Positions 20,249-29,806 are shown, counted from the first letter of the stretch. The stretch: 64,000 nt of DNA from a candidate division WWE3 bacterium (GCA_052035175.1 JBPOHV010000001.1:703771-767770); one strand, 5' to 3'. The notes: generated from the sequence alone by a model not told the origin. Made by a program: numbers and translations.

Positions 20249-21012
20249 GCTTTATCCTCCTTAACTTCTTCTTTTACTACTGTTGGTTCAATTTTACTCT
20301 TTTGTAAATTCTTTTCATACTCTGTATAACCACTCAAAATTGCATCTGCAATAGGTCTAACCATAGTAGCTATAGACATTATCGCGTCATCATTTCCAGG
20401 AATAGCGTAAGTAATATCGCGTGGGTCAGAGTTTGTATCTATAATAGCAACAACAGGTAAACCAAACACCAAAGCCTCACGAATTGCAGTACGTTCTCTT
20501 TTGGCATCAATTACAAATAAGACCTGAGGTTTATCGTCTAGACCTACAAGACCGCCGATTACATCATCAAGCTTTGCAATTTCTTTATCTAGCAATAATT
20601 TTTCTTTTTTAGTGTAATGAGAAAATTCACCAGTTTCTCTGTCTTTAACAAAACGTAAATATTTGTTTATATTATTTTTGATTTCACCAAAATTGGTAAT
20701 AGTTCCACCAAGCCATCTTTCTTTTACAAATTTGGCTCCGCAACGAAGGGCTTCAGATTTAACAACGTCTTTTGCTTGTTTCTTTGTACCTACAAAAACT
20801 ATTTTCTTGCCTTCTTTTGCTGCTTCGTATAAGAACTCACAAGCTACTTCCAAAGAATCTCTTGTTGTTTCCAAATCGATGATATGAATATCCTTTTTGA
20901 CTGTGTAAATGTACTTTTCCATGGCTGGATGCCATTTACGCACTTGATGCCCAAAATGAACACCTGCATCAAATAATTCTTGTATTGTTGGTAATGTATA
21001 TTTTTTTGACAT
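20245..21012 (-). CDS. rpsB: 30S ribosomal protein S2
   Basis: LFDAGVHFGHQVRKWHP. Confidence 0.9.
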   Translation of the reverse strand: MSKKYTLPTIQELFDAGVHFGHQVRKWHPAMEKYIYTVKKDIHIIDLETTRDSLEVACEFLYEAAKEGKKIVFVGTKKQAKDVVKSEALRCGAKFVKERWLGGTITNFGEIKNNINKYLRFVKDRETGEFSHYTKKEKLLLDKEIAKLDDVIGGLVGLDDKPQVLFVIDAKRERTAIREALVFGLPVVAIIDTNSDPRDITYAIPGNDDAIMSIATMVRPIADAILSGYTEYEKNLQKSKIEPTVVKEEVKEDKA

Positions 21013-21174
21013 ATAAACTAGTTAATCTTTTATTATTGGGTTCGGCTTCTATTCTAAATCTAAAAACATGAGCTATGAACCCTCACTTGCACCCCAAACG
21101 GGAGATTATTGCAAGACACTGTGTAAATTAACATAGAGAAAGCTATATGTCTAGAGAGTTATGGGAGTTATGGA

Positions 21175-21384
21175 GGGTCAGTCCCACCCAAGGACTGACC
21201 TTTATAGCATCTGTGCCAAAATGAAAGTTGTAAAACCAAGATAAAATAGACATTCTAATCGATTTTACAAAGATCGCATACTAAATTTTATAGAAATAAC
21301 GTGTAAAGTTACAGTAAATGTTGTTAGTATAGGTAATTGTAAGTACAGATGTTAGATAGGTACAGTACTTTTGAAGGACAGATC
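21175..21384. repeat. Composite repeat unit: REP-like hairpin (GGGTCAGTCC-n6-GGACTGACC, 21175-21201) plus the AAGTACAGTACTT-TGAAGGACAGATC motif (21359-21384)
   Basis: A homologous unit of about 210 bp lies at 23514-23729 in the same orientation. Confidence 0.6.
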
Positions 21385-21385
21385 T

Positions 21386-23488
21386 TTATTCGTCAACCAC
21401 TACAGGAAGCGGATTCTTCCAAGAAGAATAATCGCAATCTGGATATTTGCTGCACCCATAAAACACTCGCCCCTTGGCTTTTTTGATAATGACATCACCT
21501 TCACTGCATTTTGGACACTTCATACCGATTTTTTCTAAATACGGCTTTGTAGTTTTGCATTTTGGATAATTGCTACAAGCCAAAAACTTTCCAAATCTGC
21601 CAGCTTTCAATACAAAAATACCGTCTGCACATTGATCACACTTACCAAAGTCTTCTTTTTCTTCCTCGGCTGTTTGATCTATAGGCCTTGCATAGTTACA
21701 AGCAGGATAATTTGAACAACTAATAAATTTACCAAACTTACCCAGCTTGAATATAAGATCGCTTCCGCAGTCTGGACATTTTTCTCCAACTGGGCCCAAA
21801 TTTGTAACGTCTCGTTTTGATAGCTTAGACTCCCCTTCTTCAACTTCTTTTTCAAAAGGAAGATAAAAATCTCTAATCATTGGTACCCATTCGGCTTTAC
21901 CTTCGGCTATATCATCGAGCTTTTCTTCCATTTCTGCAGTGAATGTATAATCTACAATGCCCGGAAAATGCTCTACCAACAAGTCTATAACTACATAAGC
22001 CACATCTGCAGGAAAGTAATAACGGCCTTCTTTTATTATGTAGCCTCTATTTTTTATATTAGAAATAGTAGGTGCATATGTAGAAGGTCTTCCAATACCA
22101 AGTTCTTCTAGCTTTTTGATCAAAGACGCGTCTGAATATCTGGCTGGTGGCTGTGTAAAATGTTGATCCTTTTGAGTAGACAACAAATCTAATACATCGC
22201 CTTCGTTCAAATCTGCCGGTAATTCTTTGTCTGAAGATTCATTTTCCAATCCCAAGTCTCTCTTTACTTTCAACCAACCATCAAATTGCATGATTGAACC
22301 ACTTGTTTTGAGTTGGTAGCCTTTTTTTGAAGCTACTATAATAATCGTTTGCTCGTATTGTGACGACGTCATTTGGCTAGATAATGCTTGTGAATATATC
22401 AATGCATAAACATTTTCTTCTTCTTGAGTCTTCAACATAGTTGGAACAAAAGTAAGGTCTGTAGGTCTTATAGCTTCGTGAGCTTCTTGTGCATTCTTTG
22501 ACTTTGTTTCATATGCGATTGCTTGTGCTGGTAAATATTTATCGCCATATGACTTTTTGATAAATTTTCGAGCTTGATCTATAAATTGAGGAGATAAATT
22601 TGAAGAATCTGTTCTGTGATATGTAATATGGCCTTTTTCAAATAACTTTTGAGCTGCGCTCATAGTTTTTTGAGCCGGGTATCCAAATATATTCGCAGCT
22701 GCTTGTTGCAATGTAGATGTACGATAAGGAGCAGATGGGTTGCGTTCTCTACTAGATTTTTTAATCTCTAAAATAGCAAATTCGTCTGATTTCAGATCAT
22801 TTTCTATTTTCAAAGCTTGCTTATCGCTTTGTATTTCTAAGGGTTTACCTTCAAATTTATCTAAGTCTGAAGTAAATTGTGCTTTTTTGTTATTTTTAAA
22901 GTCTGCAGTTATGCTCCAATACTCATCTGCTTTAAATGCATTGCGTTCGCGTTCTCTTTCTACTATCAATCGCACAGCTACGCTTTGAACCCTTCCTGCA
23001 GAAAGGCCGTATCGCACCTTTTTCCAAAGTAATGGGGACAATTTATATCCTACTAATCTATCTAATATACGCCTAGCCTGCTGAGCATCTACTAATGCAG
23101 TGTTTAAAGTGCTTGGATGAGCAAATGCTTCTTCTACTGCTGTTTGAGTAAGTTCATGAAATACTACTCTGGAAAATTCGTGTTTATCCTTCTTATGAGT
23201 AAGTAAATGCTTCAGATGCCACGCTATGGCTTCCCCCTCGCGATCTGGATCAGTCGCTAATATTATGTTGTCAGCTGTTTTGGCTTCTTTTTTCAAAAGG
23301 TTAATAGTTTTTGTGGCTTTTTCGGGCACTACATACTCTGGTGTGAAATCTTTTTCTATATCTACACCCAAACCACTTTTTGGCAAATCTCTAATATGCC
23401 CCATCGAGGCTTCTATTTTATATTTTTTGCCTAAGATTTTGGTAAGTGTCTTGGCTTTTGTTGGCGATTCGACTATGACTAAGTCCAT
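21386..23488 (-). CDS. topA: DNA topoisomerase I
   Basis: Toprim domain (LVIVESPTKAKT), topo IA core and three C-terminal C4 zinc ribbons. The start is set at the ATG at 23488; the upstream 55 ORF-track codons cover a REP hairpin. Confidence 0.9.
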   Translation of the reverse strand: MDLVIVESPTKAKTLTKILGKKYKIEASMGHIRDLPKSGLGVDIEKDFTPEYVVPEKATKTINLLKKEAKTADNIILATDPDREGEAIAWHLKHLLTHKKDKHEFSRVVFHELTQTAVEEAFAHPSTLNTALVDAQQARRILDRLVGYKLSPLLWKKVRYGLSAGRVQSVAVRLIVERERERNAFKADEYWSITADFKNNKKAQFTSDLDKFEGKPLEIQSDKQALKIENDLKSDEFAILEIKKSSRERNPSAPYRTSTLQQAAANIFGYPAQKTMSAAQKLFEKGHITYHRTDSSNLSPQFIDQARKFIKKSYGDKYLPAQAIAYETKSKNAQEAHEAIRPTDLTFVPTMLKTQEEENVYALIYSQALSSQMTSSQYEQTIIIVASKKGYQLKTSGSIMQFDGWLKVKRDLGLENESSDKELPADLNEGDVLDLLSTQKDQHFTQPPARYSDASLIKKLEELGIGRPSTYAPTISNIKNRGYIIKEGRYYFPADVAYVVIDLLVEHFPGIVDYTFTAEMEEKLDDIAEGKAEWVPMIRDFYLPFEKEVEEGESKLSKRDVTNLGPVGEKCPDCGSDLIFKLGKFGKFISCSNYPACNYARPIDQTAEEEKEDFGKCDQCADGIFVLKAGRFGKFLACSNYPKCKTTKPYLEKIGMKCPKCSEGDVIIKKAKGRVFYGCSKYPDCDYSSWKNPLPVVVDE

Positions 23489-23513
23489 GATTGCAAGGAT
23501 ACCACACAGAGAC

Positions 23514-23729
23514 AGGGTCAGTCCCCTTCGGGGACAGACCCTACCCAGATGTGTACCAAAACAAACCTTATAAATACAACCAAAAATGACTAGAAGGTGC
23601 ATATCCACCAAAGATCGCACCGCAAATCCGGAAAACTTTTCAACATAAAACAACGCATATCCGTATAGCTATAATAAAGCCACGGTACAGGAGTTAACCA
23701 AGTACAGTACTTCTGAAGGACAGATCCTC
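23514..23729. repeat. Second copy of the composite repeat unit: hairpin AGGGTCAGTCCCC-ttc-GGGGACAGACCCT (23514-23542) plus the AAGTACAGTACTTCTGAAGGACAGATCCTC motif (23700-23729)
   Basis: Direct-repeat partner of 21175-21384. Confidence 0.6.
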
Positions 23730-23781
23730 ACTTAGTCCCGTACCTACAACTTAGAATGGCGGTCGCGTATGTATAAAACTA

Positions 23782-23810
23782 TTGACAAAACCTATGATAC
23801 CTGATATATT
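23782..23810 (+). promoter_or_regulatory. Sigma70-like promoter (TTGACA, 17-nt spacer, TATATT)
   Basis: Read directly from the sequence; it lies upstream of the lipoprotein gene. Confidence 0.5.
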
Positions 23811-23893
23811 ATCTATCGTTAATACCCAAACATCGGCATATCTCCCATACCGGGAAAAACAAAAATATGCCTAACAATTCAAGGAGAAATCTC

Positions 23894-24280
23894 ATGTTCA
23901 AAAAAATTGCCCCCTACCTCGCCTTACTGTTACTGGTCCTCGCAAGCCTGGCTTGCGGACTGGGCAACCCCCAAAAGATTGGGGGGACGACCGACGGACT
24001 TTCGGGGCAATCCCCCACGGCGGAAGCCGTAGAGGCACCAACTGAAAGCCAGACGGGCACTATGCCCGCGATGGTCATCGGTACTCAACCAAAAACCTTG
24101 GCTGAATTCCGAAGCTGCAACAAAACACTTGTCGATTGGCAAGCCCTCAAAAACACCTCAACCCTAACCGACATGGCTACCCCATGCCGAGTTGCCGCCT
24201 GGCAGGGCATTGAGGTTGATGGGGTCGTCTACGATCCCACCACTGAAGAGGGCTTTAATGCCCTCTCGGCGATGCCCTAA
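23894..24280 (+). CDS. Small secreted protein or lipoprotein, GC-rich and codon-atypical
   Basis: AAGGAG RBS, signal peptide MFKKIAPYLALLLLVLASLAC. High GC3 (CTG, GGC, CCC and ACG codons). Confidence 0.5.
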   Translation: MFKKIAPYLALLLLVLASLACGLGNPQKIGGTTDGLSGQSPTAEAVEAPTESQTGTMPAMVIGTQPKTLAEFRSCNKTLVDWQALKNTSTLTDMATPCRVAAWQGIEVDGVVYDPTTEEGFNALSAMP

Positions 24281-24397
24281 GGGCATCACAAAGCCGCCAT
24301 CTGGCGAAAAGGAAAAGTCTATCGAGCTTCGGCTTGATAATCAACTTTATCTTTTCCCACTGGCGGCTTTTGTCGTTCTATAGGTAGTTTCTAGTAA

Positions 24398-26242
24398 CTA
24401 ATACCCCTGTTTCTCAAACCACAAGTCCATCAACTTCCTCGCTATTGGAGCAGCGTCGTCAGCTCCTCCACCACCACCTTCTATAAAAACAGTCAAAACT
24501 ATTGGTTTAACATTGTCTTTTACTTCTAAAGGACCAAAAACAGTAAATAACGCGTGTGTACCGTATTCGCCATTTGGCTTGTAATACTCAGATGTACCAG
24601 TTTTCCCAGCTATCTCTAAACCTTTATGCTTATCAGCAAAATCAAAAAAAGGATACCCTGTACCTCCGGGGCTGACAGCTAGCTTTAAACCATCCCTTAC
24701 AATAGCAAGCGTCTGATCATCGACAAAGCCTTGCGACTGAATTTGTGAAGTATGCTCAGGCTCGCCTTCAATTTCATTTACGACTCGAGGTACAAAAATC
24801 TTACCTTGAGATGCAAAAAGGCTTGTAGCCTGGTTTACCTGCAAAATAGTGCCCAAGACGTCACCTTGCCCTATCGAAGTAATATAAGTATCTCCCAAAT
24901 ACCAAGCTCGTGATTTACCATCAGGAAAATAGCCTGCAACCTCACCATTGAGGTCTATCCCAGTTTTTTGACCAAAGCCAAACAATGTTGCCCATTTGTT
25001 TATTTTATTTATTCCTAAGCCACCAACACCGTTGTATCCCCCACCCATTGTATAAAAATAAGTATCATTGCTTACTTGCAAGGCTTTGAATAAATCTACA
25101 TCGCCATGACCATCTAATTTCCAATTTTTAAAAGTCGACCCACCTATACTTATAAAACCTGGATCAAATATTTGATATTTTTCTGAAACTAATTTTTCCA
25201 TCAAAATTGCACTTGCCATAACCATTTTAAAAGTTGAACCAGGTGGATACACAGCAGCTATTACACGATTAAAAAATGGAAATCGTTCATCAGTATTTAA
25301 CTTTGATAACTCTTCTGGAGAAATATTGTTAGACATTTTGGTTGGGTCGAATGAAGGATAGCTAACCATAGCCAAAACACCGCCAGTTGTCGGATCTTGC
25401 GCAATAATCGCACCTCCTGTTGATTTTGCTTCTGGGTCGTCTAATTTGGTTTTTAATAAATCGTACGCTAAAACTTGAAGATCTTTGTCTAAATAAGTTT
25501 TGAGATTGCGACCAGCAAATGCATCGCGCTTGTCTATTTGCTTAAAGTGACCACCCAAAGAATCTGATTCGACAATTTGCGAACCTGGAATACCAGATAA
25601 ATACTTATTATAAAATTGTTCTACTCCAGTTTTACCTACAATTACAGGAGATAAACTGTCAGACAAGCCCACATACCCTAATACGTGCGCAAAAGCTTCA
25701 CCATAAGGGTATTCGCGAACTGGAAAAGAGCTTATAGAAATACTAGAAAACTTATCGATATTTGAATCGATAGGCAAGATTTGCTCTTTTGACAAACCAG
25801 AGAGTATCAAAATATTTGTGTTATTTTTGTTTATTTCTTCTATTATTTTTGTATCGTCAAAAGGAATTAGTTTTTTTAATGTCTCTACTTCAACAAAACA
25901 TTTATCAAATTTTCCAGCAGCATCGACGCATAATCTTGTATTCATTTGTATACTAAAGGCTGGCTTGTTTCTGGCCAAAATCTCGCCATTTCTATCAAAA
26001 ATAGCACCGCGTTCTGCAGGAATAACAAATTCTAGAAATCTATTGTCATCAGACAAATTCTTGTATTTATAATAATCTACAACTTGCAACTGGACACTTC
26101 TAAAAATAAAAAGACAAATGAAAGCAACAACAGATACCGATAAAAACACCAAGAGTCGTTTTTTAGATATTTCATCTACACTAAACTTTTTGTCTTTGGG
26201 AGTATAAAAAGGTACAAAGTCAAAAACCTGATCCTCATTCAT
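24398..26242 (-). CDS. mrdA: Penicillin-binding protein 2 (peptidoglycan D,D-transpeptidase)
   Basis: GSTFKMV (SxxK), SNDTYF (SxN) and GKTGTSE (KTG), plus an N-terminal TM helix. Confidence 0.85.
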   Translation of the reverse strand: MNEDQVFDFVPFYTPKDKKFSVDEISKKRLLVFLSVSVVAFICLFIFRSVQLQVVDYYKYKNLSDDNRFLEFVIPAERGAIFDRNGEILARNKPAFSIQMNTRLCVDAAGKFDKCFVEVETLKKLIPFDDTKIIEEINKNNTNILILSGLSKEQILPIDSNIDKFSSISISSFPVREYPYGEAFAHVLGYVGLSDSLSPVIVGKTGVEQFYNKYLSGIPGSQIVESDSLGGHFKQIDKRDAFAGRNLKTYLDKDLQVLAYDLLKTKLDDPEAKSTGGAIIAQDPTTGGVLAMVSYPSFDPTKMSNNISPEELSKLNTDERFPFFNRVIAAVYPPGSTFKMVMASAILMEKLVSEKYQIFDPGFISIGGSTFKNWKLDGHGDVDLFKALQVSNDTYFYTMGGGYNGVGGLGINKINKWATLFGFGQKTGIDLNGEVAGYFPDGKSRAWYLGDTYITSIGQGDVLGTILQVNQATSLFASQGKIFVPRVVNEIEGEPEHTSQIQSQGFVDDQTLAIVRDGLKLAVSPGGTGYPFFDFADKHKGLEIAGKTGTSEYYKPNGEYGTHALFTVFGPLEVKDNVKPIVLTVFIEGGGGGADDAAPIARKLMDLWFEKQGY

Positions 26243-26693
26243 ATGCAGTATACCTTTTTAAACCTCGGCGTAATGCCAAATAGCACACCGATGCATATAC
26301 CACGCTCAGTATTGACCCAATTAGAATATATATATTCCAAAAACTATAGTTATAAATAAGCGATTTCATCAGTATTAAAAGTAAACAAAAAATAACTAGC
26401 ATTGTCGGAATATTCTTGATAAATCTCATGTACAAAAAACTCAAAATAAAGATTAATAGGACATAAATAAACGCTGTGAAACCTATAATACGCATGTCAA
26501 AAAAATCGATAAATAAACCACCACAAAAAGCTGAAAAAAACGCTAACCTGATATTTCCAAGTAATAAAAATGCAAAAGCGAGACTCAATGTAATAGTAGG
26601 ATTACCTGCTACACCAAAAAGCTCATAAAAAAATGATTTTTCCAAAACACTCGATATTAATAAAACAAAGAAAACTGTAATATATTTTTTCAT
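26235..26693 (-). CDS. mreD: Rod shape-determining protein MreD
   Basis: Small multi-TM protein between mreC and mrdA. Confidence 0.6.
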   Translation of the reverse strand: MKKYITVFFVLLISSVLEKSFFYELFGVAGNPTITLSLAFAFLLLGNIRLAFFSAFCGGLFIDFFDMRIIGFTAFIYVLLIFILSFLYMRFIKNIPTMLVIFCLLLILMKSLIYNYSFWNIYILIGSILSVVYASVCYLALRRGLKRYTAYE

Positions 26694-27469
26694 AATGACT
26701 TTAATACGAAAACTTTTGTAATTTCTGAAATATTGTAATCCAACTTTAAAATAGCTGATTTCAAAGTGTCTGAAGGAGAAGATTCGATAGAAACAACAGT
26801 GCCCAAAATCAATCCGGGAATAAACTTACCATCGCGACCAGACGTAACGATTACATCTGAGATATTTAACACTTCACTTTGTAATATCTTTTCTAAAGCC
26901 AACGATGTGCCATATTTTCCTTTTACAATGCCTTCTACATGGAAATCAGAACTTTGACTAAATGCTGTAGCACTAAAATCTGGAGAAGTTACCAAACGAA
27001 CTTTTGATCTAAATTGTGTTGCTTCTATTACATCACCCACCAAATACTTCTGTATCACAACACTATCCCCTACTGTTACAGCATCGGCTAGACCTTTATT
27101 TATAAAAATTGTACCGCCAGAAATATCTTCTGGGTTACCCAATACATCTGCCAGTATAAACATAGGAGTATTTACACTTTCTATTTTGATATTTAACTGA
27201 CTCTTAAGAAATTCATTTTCTTGCTTATATTGTAAATACTGAGAGATACGAGAATTTAGAACAAGTATCTCTTGCTTATTAGCCTCGTAATCTTTATAAA
27301 TCGATTTTAAATGAAAATAAAAGCTTACAGAATCCTTGAGATTCTTGGCTGAAGACGACAAGCCATATTGCACAGGCGACATGATATACAAAAAACCATC
27401 TCTAACTCCATTTAACAAGCCAAAAAAACCTAACAAAAAGACTATAAATGCAAATAAAAGTACCTTCAC
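26690..27469 (-). CDS. mreC: Rod shape-determining protein MreC
   Basis: Signal anchor, coiled coil and the beta-domain motif FIPGLILGTV. Confidence 0.75.
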   Translation of the reverse strand: MKVLLFAFIVFLLGFFGLLNGVRDGFLYIMSPVQYGLSSSAKNLKDSVSFYFHLKSIYKDYEANKQEILVLNSRISQYLQYKQENEFLKSQLNIKIESVNTPMFILADVLGNPEDISGGTIFINKGLADAVTVGDSVVIQKYLVGDVIEATQFRSKVRLVTSPDFSATAFSQSSDFHVEGIVKGKYGTSLALEKILQSEVLNISDVIVTSGRDGKFIPGLILGTVVSIESSPSDTLKSAILKLDYNISEITKVFVLKSL

Positions 27470-27509
27470 AATCAGATTTTACAATTAGATGTACAACAAA
27501 CCAAATAAA

Positions 27510-28547
27510 TCAAATTTTTACTGTATTCAAAAGCTTTTGATCGTCTAGTACTTTGCCACAACCGCGCACTACACAAGTTATCGGATCTTTTGAAATATTG
27601 ACTGGAACACGCAATTCTTCTGATAACAATTTATCAAGGCCGCGCAACAAAGAAGTGCCCCCAGCAAGAACTATGCCATCACGAACTATGTCAGTCATCA
27701 AATCTGCCGGAGTTTCTTCTATTGCATCTTTTATACCATCGATAATTATATTTAAAGGTTGACGTAATGCTGCTCTGATTTCAGCAGATGAAACTTCTAC
27801 TGCACGCGGTAAACCAGACTTCAAATCACGCCCTCTTAAAGTGGCGGTATGCTTATCTTCGTTTGGAAATGGATAAACGTTGCCGATTAAAAATTTTATT
27901 TCTTCCGCAGTACGTTCACCCAATAATAAGTTGTGTTGATTCTTGGCAAAATTAACTATTTCCACATCAAACTCATCCCCTGCTACGCGTATTGATTTAT
28001 TTACTACTAAACCTCCAAGTGAAATAACGGCTATTTCACTTGTACCTCCTCCCATATCTACGATCATGGCTCCATTTGGTTGTGTAACATCGATACCCGA
28101 GCCAATGGCGGCAGCCATTGGCTCGTACAATAGATGCACTTCACGTGCACCTGCATTCTTCGCAGCATCAACAACTGCCTTACGTTCAACCGAAGTAGCC
28201 CCAGAAGGAATACCTATTACAACACGTGGCTTTGGGATACGTGGGAATTTTGTTGGCGTGTCGTGTATTTGCTTTATAAAATAAGAAATCATCTTTTGAG
28301 CCGCATTAAAGTCTGAAATAACTCCATCGCGCAAAGGTCTAATTGCCTCGATGTTCGCAGGAGTTTTACCAAGCATTTTTTTTGCCTCATATCCTACTGC
28401 CAATACCTCACGCGACTTTTTCATCACTGCAACAACGCTAGGTTCACGTATTATTATCCCTTTTCCTTTGACGTACACCAATGTATTGGCTGTACCCAAA
28501 TCTATGCCTATATCATATGAAAAATATTGCAGCAATGAGCTAAACAT
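27510..28547 (-). CDS. mreB: Rod shape-determining protein MreB
   Basis: DIGIDLGTANTLVYVKGKGIIIREPSVVAV actin-fold motifs. Confidence 0.9.
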   Translation of the reverse strand: MFSSLLQYFSYDIGIDLGTANTLVYVKGKGIIIREPSVVAVMKKSREVLAVGYEAKKMLGKTPANIEAIRPLRDGVISDFNAAQKMISYFIKQIHDTPTKFPRIPKPRVVIGIPSGATSVERKAVVDAAKNAGAREVHLLYEPMAAAIGSGIDVTQPNGAMIVDMGGGTSEIAVISLGGLVVNKSIRVAGDEFDVEIVNFAKNQHNLLLGERTAEEIKFLIGNVYPFPNEDKHTATLRGRDLKSGLPRAVEVSSAEIRAALRQPLNIIIDGIKDAIEETPADLMTDIVRDGIVLAGGTSLLRGLDKLLSEELRVPVNISKDPITCVVRGCGKVLDDQKLLNTVKI

Positions 28548-28577
28548 ATCAGGATGATATTACCACAGAGACTATGC

Positions 28578-28607
28578 AAGATCTGTCCTTCATAAGTACA
28601 GTACTTT
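28578..28607. repeat. REP-like element, reverse orientation (GATCTGTCCTTCATAAGTACAGTACTT)
   Basis: Reverse complement of the 21359 and 23700 motifs; 60 nt upstream of the RAYT gene. Confidence 0.6.
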
Positions 28608-28666
28608 CTAATATCGTTAGAATATACTCCCTTACTTTTTGTACATAAAAAGTTTATTTTTACGGT

Positions 28667-29272
28667 GTGCCTGAGAGAAACTCAATCAAACAATACATAT
28701 CAAATGGTACATATCATGTTTATAATCGCGGCAATGATAAACAAACAATATTTAATGATGATGAAGACTATAGATATTTCTTGCACTTACTGGCGGCATA
28801 TTTAACTAAACCAAATCATTTCCAAGAAATCAAAACAAGGTCCTTTTATAAAAAAATAAAACTTCATGCCTACTGCTTAATGCCAAACCATTTTCACTTA
28901 CTGCTAACTCAAAAAAGACGCATGGACATGGCAAAGTTTATAAAGTGTTTATCAACCAGATATACGCTATACGTAAATAAGAAATACAAAAAGACTGGAC
29001 ATCTGTATCAAGGAAGGTATAAAGCGCGCCTAATTACTTCTGATGCGGACTTTATGAACACAAGCAAATATATACATCGCAATCCGACAGATATTCCAGC
29101 AAAACTAGAATCTTATCAATATTCTAGTTTAGGGACATATCTCAGTAAACATCGTACACATAGTTTTCTCTACCACAAAGATATTTACAAGTATTTCAAT
29201 AACAATACACATGAATATAAAGCGTACATATTTCTAGAGGATCAGATCTTGGAAAGGACTGATCTGCTATAA
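28667..29272 (+). CDS. REP-associated tyrosine transposase (RAYT; IS200/IS605-like HUH Y1 transposase)
   Basis: YHVYNRGN, the HUH motif HFHLLL and the catalytic-Tyr motif GHLYQGRYKARLI. GTG start. Confidence 0.7.
   Translation: MPERNSIKQYISNGTYHVYNRGNDKQTIFNDDEDYRYFLHLLAAYLTKPNHFQEIKTRSFYKKIKLHAYCLMPNHFHLLLTQKRRMDMAKFIKCLSTRYTLYVNKKYKKTGHLYQGRYKARLITSDADFMNTSKYIHRNPTDIPAKLESYQYSSLGTYLSKHRTHSFLYHKDIYKYFNNNTHEYKAYIFLEDQILERTDLL
29239..29267. repeat. REP-like element, forward orientation (GAGGATCAGATCTTGGAAAGGACTGATCTG), overlapping the last RAYT codons
   Basis: Core GGACTGATC; inverted relative to the copy at 28578. Confidence 0.5.
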
Positions 29273-29279
29273 TCTCCAC

Positions 29280-29804
29280 ATGGCCGTTGTACCTATAGTC
29301 AAATACCCACATAGAAAGCTTACTCAAAAGTGTGTTCCAGCGGTTGGATTTGGAGAAGAAACAAAAGAAATTATAAAAGACTTAATAGATACATTAGAAG
29401 CCGCGAAAAATCCTGAAGGGGCTGGCCTGAGTGCACCTCAAATAGGTGCCCTCAAAAGAATCTGTGTAGTCAAAAAATTTCTTAGCAAAAAAGAAAACGG
29501 CGATAAAGAATATAAAAACATAGTATTAGTCAACCCTGTTATTACTAAAGTCTCTAAACAAACGAGCATAGATTGGGAAGGCTGTTTGAGTATTGATGAT
29601 ACATATGGACAAGTTGAAAGACCTCAAAAAGTACGTCTAACTTCATACGACGACAAAGGAAATATAATAAAAGTTGACGCATCGGGCTTTCTTGCACGAG
29701 TTATTCAACACGAGATCGACCATTTAAATGGCGTACTCTTTACTAGCAAAGTAATTGGGAAAACGTTAACTGAAAAAGAACTAGATAGTATGTATAGTAA
29801 ATAA
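29280..29804 (+). CDS. def: Peptide deformylase
   Basis: GAGLSAPQIG, EGCLSI and HEIDHLNG. Confidence 0.9.
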   Translation: MAVVPIVKYPHRKLTQKCVPAVGFGEETKEIIKDLIDTLEAAKNPEGAGLSAPQIGALKRICVVKKFLSKKENGDKEYKNIVLVNPVITKVSKQTSIDWEGCLSIDDTYGQVERPQKVRLTSYDDKGNIIKVDASGFLARVIQHEIDHLNGVLFTSKVIGKTLTEKELDSMYSK

Positions 29805-29806
29805 AC

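Noticed and set aside
23489-23653. 55-codon N-terminal extension of the topA ORF
   Set aside because: It covers the REP-like hairpin at 23514-23542. The Toprim domain begins right after the ATG at 23488.
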